Source: Halococcus qingdaonensis
GTDB lineage: Archaea; Halobacteriota; Halobacteria; Halobacteriales; Halococcaceae
Assembly (NCBI RefSeq): GCF_024508235.1
Contig: NZ_CP101943.1
Coordinates: forward strand, 1,561,112-1,585,111
Direction: 5' to 3'
Length of the DNA stretch: 24,000 bases
Notes under the pieces: generated by a model
What the model saw: the letters and a program-made list of their open reading frames with translations, nothing else
What the model was told of the DNA's origin: nothing
The model's database searches: none
Shown: one piece after another, positions 7,917 to 14,609 of the stretch
Position numbering within the stretch: position 1 is the stretch's first letter
Layout: every line of letters starts with the position of its first letter
Position numbers and translations under genes: made by a program

Positions 7917-8096
7917 GCACGCTGTCGGTACTCCGTACTCGTCGACGATACGGGATGGGCTATCGAGGGGTTCCAGTGTGCTGACCGGAAGCGGGCATGC
8001 TGACCTGGCATCGTTGCTCGGCGTATGGCTGAAAGGATAGACTCCCCTTATAAGTGCTTTGTGGTGGCGGGCGCGCCGTCCGGCGACATCGATCGC

Positions 8097-8726
8097 TCAG
8101 CGTGGGGTGGCGACGACCGCGAGGTGGTCGGCGTGGAACGGGTCGAGCCGGCGGCTGTCGAGGATCTCGTACCCCTCGCGGAGATCGTCGAGCGCGTCGG
8201 CGAAGACGTCGTCCGGCTCGCGCGTCGCGTCCTCGCTTCTGGCTTTGATCGACGCGTACAGGCGTCCGTCGTCGCGGAGGAACCGTCGGTTCGCCCGCGC
8301 GACCCGTGCCTGTCCGCGCGTCGCGACGTCCTGGACGAGCAGATCGAGACCGTCCTCGACGACGTGCGCGTATGTTTCGGGTTTCCGGGCGTCCTTGAGC
8401 AGTGGAAACAGGTTCCCCCGCGTCTCGGCGACCGACAAGAGATCGCGCATCGGCCGGGCGGCGAACTCGACGGCGTAGGTCGGGCCGGCGACGTCGGCGA
8501 CGTGGCTAGCGGTCGTACCGTTGGCCGCGCCAAGGTAGAGCACGCGATCGCCGGCTGCGAGCCCCGGCTCCATTCCGAGTTCGTACATCGCGCCGAGCTT
8601 CGAGCGGTGGGCGTCCCACGCCCGCCAGCCGTCGGCAACCGGTTCGCCGTAGACCGCTTCGCCTCGGGTGGCGAGGCGCTCCTCGCCATCAATAGCGCGG
8701 TACTGCACCCCGTCAGGCAGCGCCAT
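8097..8726 (-). CDS. flpA: Fibrillarin, C/D-box sRNP 2'-O-methyltransferase
   Basis: RAWDAHRSKLGAM, VLYLGAANGTTASHVADV (SAM motif I), DARKPE and VQDVA are classic fibrillarin motifs. I prefer the ATG at 8726 over the track GTG at 8738 because GGAGG lies 3 nt upstream of it. It overlaps the nop5 stop by 14 nt. Confidence 0.9.
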   Translation of the reverse strand: MALPDGVQYRAIDGEERLATRGEAVYGEPVADGWRAWDAHRSKLGAMYELGMEPGLAAGDRVLYLGAANGTTASHVADVAGPTYAVEFAARPMRDLLSVAETRGNLFPLLKDARKPETYAHVVEDGLDLLVQDVATRGQARVARANRRFLRDDGRLYASIKARSEDATREPDDVFADALDDLREGYEILDSRRLDPFHADHLAVVATPR

Positions 8727-9549
8727 CGTCCTCCCCACCGGTACGGATCCGCCGCATACGTTCGTCGAGATCGGCTTCGAGCGACGGTCTGCGGTCGCCG
8801 GCGTAGTGGTCGATCCGTGCGGCGATCGTGAGCTTGCCGGCGAGTGCGCGCGCCGCCGAGCCGCGTTTCTCGGGGCGCGTGCCGCGAACGTACTCGTGGA
8901 CGTAGATGACGCCGTGTTTCGGTGAGGGGGCCTGCCCGCGAAGGTGGGCGAAGAGTGCCTCCTCCGCGCCGAGGACCTGCACCGTGCTGCTCGACGTCTT
9001 CGCCAGCGAATCGAGTCCGCCGGCGAGTGCGAGCAGCCGTGCCGCGAGCGTCGGTCCGGCGAGTGCCGCGAGGTTCGGCGCGGCGCTCCTGATCACCCGT
9101 TCGACGTACCGTTCGAGCGCGTCGCGTTCGTCGTCGAGTTCGATCGCCCGTTCGGCGATCGAAACCAGTCGTTCGTCGGCCGGCTCAGCGGGTTCGGTGG
9201 CGGCGAGCTCCCGACAGTAGTCGAGTCCCGTCCCCGATTCGGCGTCGCGGCTGCCGGCCCACTCGGCGACGCGTTCGGCGAGTTCGTTCGCCATCCGTCC
9301 GGCGTCATCCATCGCGCGCACGGCGTGGATCACCTGCTGATCGTCGGCGCGCTCGCGTTCTTCCATCGCCGTACGGGCCGCCGCGGTCGTCGCCTCGTGC
9401 AGGCGGTCGTAGTACGCCTCCTCGCTCGTGGCAAAGCCCGCCTCGATCGCCCGGTCGGGCCATGTATCCGGTGCGTCGGCGCTCCCCTCGCGAACGCGCT
9501 CTACGCCCACCTGATCGGCCGCGAGACCGGCGAACCATCCCTCGCTCAT
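8713..9549 (-). CDS. nop5: Nop5/Nop56/58-family C/D-box sRNP core protein
   Basis: The C-terminal Nop domain has APNLAALAGPTLAARLLALAGGLDSLAKTSSSTVQVLGAEEALF...KHGVIY...RGSAARALAGKLTIAARIDHY. It is directly upstream of fibrillarin and overlaps it, which is the conserved archaeal operon. Confidence 0.9.
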   Translation of the reverse strand: MSEGWFAGLAADQVGVERVREGSADAPDTWPDRAIEAGFATSEEAYYDRLHEATTAAARTAMEERERADDQQVIHAVRAMDDAGRMANELAERVAEWAGSRDAESGTGLDYCRELAATEPAEPADERLVSIAERAIELDDERDALERYVERVIRSAAPNLAALAGPTLAARLLALAGGLDSLAKTSSSTVQVLGAEEALFAHLRGQAPSPKHGVIYVHEYVRGTRPEKRGSAARALAGKLTIAARIDHYAGDRRPSLEADLDERMRRIRTGGEDDGAA

Positions 9550-9790
9550 GGCCGCCGTAACCGACCGGCAGCGAAAAGGGGTCCGGTACGTGCCACGTCG
9601 AACAACGACCCACGGATCGTCGAGCGCATGGTGGCGTACACCGACGATTACCGTACAACGTGCATTGGTCGTCGGTACCGGCGAGATACGTTCTACTGAT
9701 GGAACACGAACGAATTTGGGTGTGTTTCTGGCATACGTTCATAAGGGAAGTCGGCGAAGAATAGTCCGTGCGGCGACGCACGAGAATACC

Positions 9791-10915
9791 ATGACAGATG
9801 ACGATACTATCCGAGAGGATTCGGACGGCGTTCTCGATTTCGTTGGACAGGTAAGCGATCAACTACGCTCGCGGCGCGGGTTCATGGGCGATGCGGCGAA
9901 GGTCGGCGTCGGCACGGCCGCACTCGGCGCGGTCGGCAGCGGCGTCGCGGCCGCCAACGACGGCAGCGGCGACAGCGGTAGTGGCGGTGACGACGTCAGC
10001 GACGTCGACGTCCTGAACTACGCGCTCACGCTCGAACATCTGGAGGCAGCCTACTACAACGACTTCCTCGACAATTATTCGGAGAGCGAGGTCGAGCGCT
10101 CGGAGGTCGCGAACTACTTCGACCGGGAGACGCTGCAGTATTCGGTCTATCAGCAGATCCAGGACGTCCGCGATCACGAGGAGGCCCACGTCGACGCGCT
10201 CAGCAAGACGATCAACGACCTCGGCGGCACACCCGTCGAGCCGGCGAACTACGAGTTCCCGTACTCGTCGATCACCGAGTTCGTCGCTGTCGCCGACCGC
10301 CTCGAAGCCGTCGGCGTCTCCGCCTACGCCGGCGCGGCACCGCTCATCTCGAACCCGGACATCATCCCGCCAGCGCTGTCGATCCACAGCGTGGAAGCCA
10401 ACCACCAGACCTACTTCCAGCTGCTGAACCTCCAGCGGCCCGCGCCCAACGCGTTCAACCCCGCGCGGACGATGGACGAAGTCCTGCCGATCGCCAAGCA
10501 GTTCATCGTCAGTGAGGAGGACGCACCCGAGATGGCGTCGGCGACGTTCGACGACCAGAGTTCGGACGGATCGAGCGTCACGGTCGCCTCGGCCGCGTTG
10601 CCCGACGGCGGCTTCGTCGCCATCCACGACAGCAGCCTGCTCGACGGCAACGTCGCGGGCAGCGTCATCGGCGTCTCCGATGCCTACGACGCCGGTACGG
10701 CGATGGACATCGAGATCCCGCTCTACGCCGAGGTCCCCGGCGGCGATTACGACCAGTCGAGCCTGCAGGGAGACCAGACGCTGATCGCCATGCCCCACAA
10801 GGACACTAACGGCAACGGCACCTACGACTTCCTCACCTCGGGCGGCGAGGCGGACGGAGCCTACACGCAGGACGGGGAGGCGGTCGTCGACGACGCGTCG
10901 ATCACCGTCGAGTGA
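9791..10915 (+). CDS. Tat-signal ferritin-like (dimetal four-helix-bundle type) protein with a C-terminal DUF7282-like beta domain
   Basis: The ATG at 9791 is the only start that retains the twin-arginine motif SRRGFMGDAAKVGVGTAALGAVGSGVAA. Ferritin-like motifs are LEHLEAAYY, DHEEAHVDAL, LEAVGVSAYAGAA and SVEANH. The C-terminal ~115 aa resemble the C-domain of the PGF-CTERM protein. The upstream part of track ORF 9548.. is the intergenic spacer read in frame. Confidence 0.8.
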   Translation: MTDDDTIREDSDGVLDFVGQVSDQLRSRRGFMGDAAKVGVGTAALGAVGSGVAAANDGSGDSGSGGDDVSDVDVLNYALTLEHLEAAYYNDFLDNYSESEVERSEVANYFDRETLQYSVYQQIQDVRDHEEAHVDALSKTINDLGGTPVEPANYEFPYSSITEFVAVADRLEAVGVSAYAGAAPLISNPDIIPPALSIHSVEANHQTYFQLLNLQRPAPNAFNPARTMDEVLPIAKQFIVSEEDAPEMASATFDDQSSDGSSVTVASAALPDGGFVAIHDSSLLDGNVAGSVIGVSDAYDAGTAMDIEIPLYAEVPGGDYDQSSLQGDQTLIAMPHKDTNGNGTYDFLTSGGEADGAYTQDGEAVVDDASITVE

Positions 10916-10940
10916 GCGCGCCACGACACCGATAGCAGGG

Positions 10941-11213
10941 TCACGCGCCCTGCCCGAACCGTAGCCATTCTTTGACGAGTTCGTTCACGTTGTGGAACAC
11001 GATCGCGACGGTGAGCAGCGTCGTGGCGAGCGAGAGGATGAACCCCACCGGGCCACCGATCGACGCCCCAGCCAGCCCGCCGGTGATCGCGACGACGGTG
11101 AGTTCGATCCACGTCACCAGGATCCGAGAGAGCAGGTTCGGACTCGACGAGTCGTCGAGTGACGACTCCTCGGTTTGGGAACCATCGGCAGTGACTCGTT
11201 CGTCGTGATCCAT
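10941..11213 (-). CDS. Small (90 aa) two-TM membrane protein, translationally coupled to cydB
   Basis: Its ATG shares one base with the cydB TGA (TGATG). Only about 17 of 90 codons end in A/T, which is the gene-like bias for this genome. It has an acidic N-terminal tail, two hydrophobic segments with Gly-rich turns (ITGGLAGASIGGPVG), and an amphipathic C-terminus. Confidence 0.6.
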   Translation of the reverse strand: MDHDERVTADGSQTEESSLDDSSSPNLLSRILVTWIELTVVAITGGLAGASIGGPVGFILSLATTLLTVAIVFHNVNELVKEWLRFGQGA

Positions 11214-12214
11214 CAGTAGGACTCACCCGCCTCGATCGGACCGCTGAACACCGAGTAGAGCACGCCGAAGTAGACGAAGATCAGCGGGAGCAGGAGTCCG
11301 GCACCGATTGTCATGACGTTGAGCGGCAGCGTCGAGACGATGGCGTCCTCGACGGTGAGACCGCTCGCCCGGTCGATCAGCGGGTACATCGATCCGGCGA
11401 CGACGCCCACGAGGCTGAAGACGAGCCCCGCCACGGCGACGAACGCGAGATAGTAGCGGTCGCGCGCAGTCGCGAGCGCGTACCCGCCAGCCAACACGAG
11501 CGTGGCGACGACCAGCCCGACGACGAGCGGCGAGAGGAGCGCCGAACGCAGTCCAGGTGTCGTCGCGTAGAGCGCGCCGAGTGCGATCACGACGAGCGCG
11601 AGATAGGCGGCGAGGGCACGATAGCCGTCGGTCGCGAGGCTCTCGCGCAGTTCGCCGCGCGTCTTCAGTCGGAGGAAGGCGACGCCGTCGACGACCGTCA
11701 GCGCGACGACGGCGAACCCGACGACGATGCCCGGGAGCGTGACGATCGTCGTCGCGCCGAGCAGCCAGTTCGCTGCGAACAGGCCGATCAGGAACGGCGT
11801 TGTGAGGCTCCCGACGACGAACGCCCGGCCCCACCACGTCTTCCAGGTCGCGTCGTCACGCTGTTCGTACATCTCGGGGGCGAGCCCGCGCAGTCCGAGC
11901 GCGGCGAGAATGGCGAACATCAGCAGGTAGTGCCGGCTGAACAGGTTCGCGTAGATCGACGGAAACGCTGCGAACAGCGCCCCGCCGAAGACGACCAGCC
12001 AGACCTCGTTGCCGTCCCAGAACGGCCCGATGGCGTCGAGCAGTCGCTCCTTCTCGTGTTTACTGTCCCTGGTCGCGAACAGGATACCGACGCCGAAGTC
12101 GAACCCGTCGAGGAAGAGAAAGGTCCCGAAGATGAAGAAGACGAGCCCGAACCACAGCTCGGCGAGCGGCAGGCCGAACAGCGGCTCACTCGCGAGCATG
12201 CCGAGCTCAGTCAT
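11213..12214 (-). CDS. cydB: Cytochrome bd-type quinol oxidase subunit II
   Basis: The N-terminus LAELWFGLVFFIFGTFLFLDGFDFGVGIL is the CydB signature (DGFDxGxG). It has FWDGNEVWL and is a 333-aa polytopic protein. It overlaps the cydA stop by 8 nt. Confidence 0.9.
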   Translation of the reverse strand: MTELGMLASEPLFGLPLAELWFGLVFFIFGTFLFLDGFDFGVGILFATRDSKHEKERLLDAIGPFWDGNEVWLVVFGGALFAAFPSIYANLFSRHYLLMFAILAALGLRGLAPEMYEQRDDATWKTWWGRAFVVGSLTTPFLIGLFAANWLLGATTIVTLPGIVVGFAVVALTVVDGVAFLRLKTRGELRESLATDGYRALAAYLALVVIALGALYATTPGLRSALLSPLVVGLVVATLVLAGGYALATARDRYYLAFVAVAGLVFSLVGVVAGSMYPLIDRASGLTVEDAIVSTLPLNVMTIGAGLLLPLIFVYFGVLYSVFSGPIEAGESY

Positions 12215-13628
12215 CGACGCTCACCGCCTCCTCCGTCGTCGGCGATTCGACTGCGGCGAGTTCGTCGCGGGTCGGCGGACCGCTCCTGACGAGTCGGACG
12301 ACGACGTAGGTGTAGAGGATCAGCAGGAGCGCGTAGCCGCCGGCGAAGCCGGCCAGCGTGAACGTCGCTTCGGTACCCGTCAGGCCGGGCGAGACGCCGT
12401 CGGTGGTCTTCAGCACGCCCTGGATCACCCACGGCTGGCGGCCAACCTCGGTGACGATCCAGCCGACCTCGACGGCGAGGAAGCCGAGCAGCGACGAGCC
12501 CATCAGTGCCTTGTGGAGCAGATCGTCCTCCAGCAGCTCACCGCGCCACCAGCGGTAGGCCCCCCAGAGCGCGAGCAGGATGAACCAGAAGCCGAGCGCG
12601 ACCATGATGCGAAATGCCCAGAAGACGATCGCGACGGGTGGCGCTTCCGTCTGGAAGGACTCCAGCCCGCGTATCGTCGCCTCCGCGTTCCCACCGCTGG
12701 CGAGCCACGACGCCATTCCGGGGATGCCGATGCCGAACAGCTCCTTCGCCCGCGGGTCGAACAGGTCGTCGACGTTCGTCGGCACGGCGACGATGTACTC
12801 GGGGACGTAGGATTCGGTCTCCCAGACCGCCTCCATCGCGGCGAACTTCTGGGGCTGGGTGTCGGCGACGTGGCGGCCGTAGGCGTCACCCTGGATCGCC
12901 TGGATCGGGGCCGTGACGAGCAGGACGACGAGGGCGATCTTGAGCGTCTTCTCCCAGAACTCGGGATGGTCGATCGGGTTCTCCCGGACGTGATGGCGGA
13001 AGACGTAGTAGGCCGCGATGCCGGCCATCAGGAGCGCGACGGACTCGACGGCGGCGTTCTGCATGTGGACGAACATCCACGGGAAGCGGGGGTTGAGGTA
13101 GGCAGCGATCGGATCGACGAGGTTGACGACCGACTGGCCGTTCTCCATCACCATCTCGAACCCCCGCGGGGTCTGCATCCAGGAGTTGGCGATCAGGATC
13201 CAGGTCGCCGACAGCCAGGTTCCGAGGCCGACGGCGACGCTCGAAACGAAATAGACCAGGTTCGAGACGCGCTCGCGCCCGAAGACGAAGATCCCGAGGA
13301 AGGTGGCTTCGAGCATGAACGCCATCATCCCTTCGAGCGCGAGCGGGCCGCCGAACAGCTCGCCGGCGATCGTCGAGAAGGCCGCGAAGTTGGTGCCGAA
13401 CTCGAATTCGAGCACCAGCCCCGTGACCGTGCCGACGGCGAAGCTCACGGCGAAGATCTTCGTCCAGAACCGCCGGAGCTGCTCGTAGATGGCTTTCCCC
13501 GTTCGGATTTCCTTCCACGTGAAGTAGACGAGGAACGGTGCGAGCCCCATACTCACCACCGGGAAGATGATGTGGACGATGGTGGTGAGCGCGAACTGGA
13601 GGCGGCTCGCGATGACCGGATCAACCAC
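12207..13628 (-). CDS. cydA: Cytochrome bd-type quinol oxidase subunit I
   Basis: Motifs are SRLQFALTTIVHIIFP, GGPLALEGMMAFMLEATFLGIFVFG, WMQTP and GWIVTEVGRQPW, the conserved CydA heme/quinol-site motifs. The start is GTG, preceded by GGGTGA (SD-like). Confidence 0.9.
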   Translation of the reverse strand: MVDPVIASRLQFALTTIVHIIFPVVSMGLAPFLVYFTWKEIRTGKAIYEQLRRFWTKIFAVSFAVGTVTGLVLEFEFGTNFAAFSTIAGELFGGPLALEGMMAFMLEATFLGIFVFGRERVSNLVYFVSSVAVGLGTWLSATWILIANSWMQTPRGFEMVMENGQSVVNLVDPIAAYLNPRFPWMFVHMQNAAVESVALLMAGIAAYYVFRHHVRENPIDHPEFWEKTLKIALVVLLVTAPIQAIQGDAYGRHVADTQPQKFAAMEAVWETESYVPEYIVAVPTNVDDLFDPRAKELFGIGIPGMASWLASGGNAEATIRGLESFQTEAPPVAIVFWAFRIMVALGFWFILLALWGAYRWWRGELLEDDLLHKALMGSSLLGFLAVEVGWIVTEVGRQPWVIQGVLKTTDGVSPGLTGTEATFTLAGFAGGYALLLILYTYVVVRLVRSGPPTRDELAAVESPTTEEAVSVDD

Positions 13629-13684
13629 GGTGGTTCACCCGCGGTTGCGGCGTCGAGGCGTGTCGGCGGTCGCTGGTCGATGAT

Positions 13685-13696
13685 CCCCACGTGGGG
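13685..13696. promoter_or_regulatory. Perfect 12-bp palindrome CCCCACGTGGGG in the cydA / wHTH divergent spacer. Candidate operator or leader hairpin.
   Basis: Read directly from the sequence. It lies 57-68 nt upstream of the cydA GTG. Confidence 0.3.
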
Positions 13697-13757
13697 GCGG
13701 TCCGAGACGCGTTCATGATCGACAGTTGGTGATACAGGGGGGTCAACTGACGGGCGA

Positions 13758-13774
13758 TTCCCATTCCGTGGGAA
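13758..13774. promoter_or_regulatory. Inverted repeat TTCCCA-N5-TGGGAA in the same divergent spacer. Candidate transcription-factor site.
   Basis: Read directly from the sequence. It lies between the two divergent genes, upstream of the AT-rich stretch cattacactttacgccagggatatcaatt (13810-13838), which probably holds the TATA element(s). Confidence 0.3.
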
Positions 13775-13909
13775 ACGAGACGGGCGCTGTCGTGAGTCGA
13801 GTGCACAAGCATTACACTTTACGCCAGGGATATCAATTCGATGCGGACGAACCCCCATCCGGATCGTCGAATCGGGCAGCCTATTCCGGCCGCGGGTCAC
13901 GGATCGACA

Positions 13910-14281
13910 ATGGGACCTGCACCGATGGACGACGGGGACACGCCGGTGCAGGTCGTCCTCGACGCGCTCGACGATCCCGACTGCCGAGCCATTCTCCGAG
14001 AGGCCTCCCAACCCATGACCGCAAAGGAACTCAGCGATGCCTGTGACATCGCCGAATCGACGGTGTACCGCAAGCTGGATCTCGTGAGCCGGGCCACGCT
14101 CGTCCGCGAGTTCCACGACGTCCATCCCGAACGGGGGCGCATCACGCGCTACCAGCGCGACGCCGATGGACTGGACGTCGCCATCACCGACGACGGGGTC
14201 GACGTGACGGTCGATCGGCCGACACACACCGTCGACGAGCGCCTCGCCGATATGTGGTCCGAGATGGGTGACGAGCTGTGA
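13910..14281 (+). CDS. Winged helix-turn-helix (ArsR/TrmB-like) transcriptional regulator
   Basis: VLDALDDPDCRAILREASQPMTAKELSDACDIAESTVYRKLDLVSRATLV is a typical haloarchaeal wHTH. The start is ambiguous among ATG 13841 (fits a leaderless start about 25 nt after an AT-rich box), 13910 and 13925. Codon bias only becomes gene-like from about 13925. Confidence 0.75.
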   Translation: MGPAPMDDGDTPVQVVLDALDDPDCRAILREASQPMTAKELSDACDIAESTVYRKLDLVSRATLVREFHDVHPERGRITRYQRDADGLDVAITDDGVDVTVDRPTHTVDERLADMWSEMGDEL

Positions 14282-14556
14282 GCCAGGCGCTGTCGATCGC
14301 GATCGTCGTGAGCAAGACCGTCATCTTCGTTCTAGGCACCGCCATCGCCTACATCGCCTACAAGGCCCACCGTCGGACCGGCTCGCCGTCGCTCCGCGCG
14401 CTCGCGGTCGGTTTCGGAATCGTCACCGTCGGGGCGCTGCTCGCAGGGATCGCTCACCAGCTGCTCGGCGTCGGGCTCCGTTCCGGGGTCCTAATCAACA
14501 GCGTCCTGACGGCGCTCGGCTTCGGGGCGATCGTCTACTCGCTCTACGTCGAGTGA
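14278..14556 (+). CDS. Small (92 aa) three-TM membrane protein, coupled to the wHTH gene
   Basis: Its GTG start overlaps the regulator TGA (GTGA). G/C third-position bias is very strong. It has three hydrophobic segments separated by basic loops (KAHRRTGSPSLR). Confidence 0.7.
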   Translation: MSQALSIAIVVSKTVIFVLGTAIAYIAYKAHRRTGSPSLRALAVGFGIVTVGALLAGIAHQLLGVGLRSGVLINSVLTALGFGAIVYSLYVE

Positions 14557-14609
14557 GTCCACCGAATCCGGTCACAGGGATCCGTTGACGATAGTAGAAC
14601 GAAGTAGGC

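Noticed and set aside
7979-8005. Direct repeat TGCTGACC (7979-7986) and TGCTGACC (7998-8005) upstream of the glycoprotein gene
   Set aside because: A single 8-mer repeat within a 180-bp spacer is quite likely by chance. There is no third copy and no palindromic structure.
9548-9790. An in-frame 81-codon extension upstream of the ferritin-like gene (track ORF 9548..10915). The extensions of LOG (16575-16664) and M48 (16608-16703) are similar.
   Set aside because: The extensions run through AT-richer promoter-like spacers, have poor codon bias, and overlap the divergent neighbour's start region. Downstream ATGs give canonical N-termini: a Tat signal, ICVYCGSS, and a signal/TM segment respectively.
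10935-10953. A GC hairpin GCAGGG-N7-CCCTGC between the convergent ferritin-like and 90-aa genes
   Set aside because: It has a 6-bp stem with no adjacent T-run, and it overlaps the stop codon of the 90-aa ORF. Such short hairpins are frequent in GC-rich DNA, and archaeal termination does not require them.
12009-13718. A 569-aa plus-strand ORF antisense to cydA/cydB. Similar long shadow ORFs are 3271-4584 (+), 3227-4267 (-), 4876-6156 (-), 6129-7304 (+), 8025-8831 (+), 9863-10924 (-), 14817-15911 (+) and 20596-21696 (+).
   Set aside because: The translations are Arg/Pro/Gly/Asp-rich low-complexity strings with no recognisable motifs. Each lies opposite or out of frame to a gene with clear family signatures. 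Stop-poor alternative frames are expected in GC-rich DNA.
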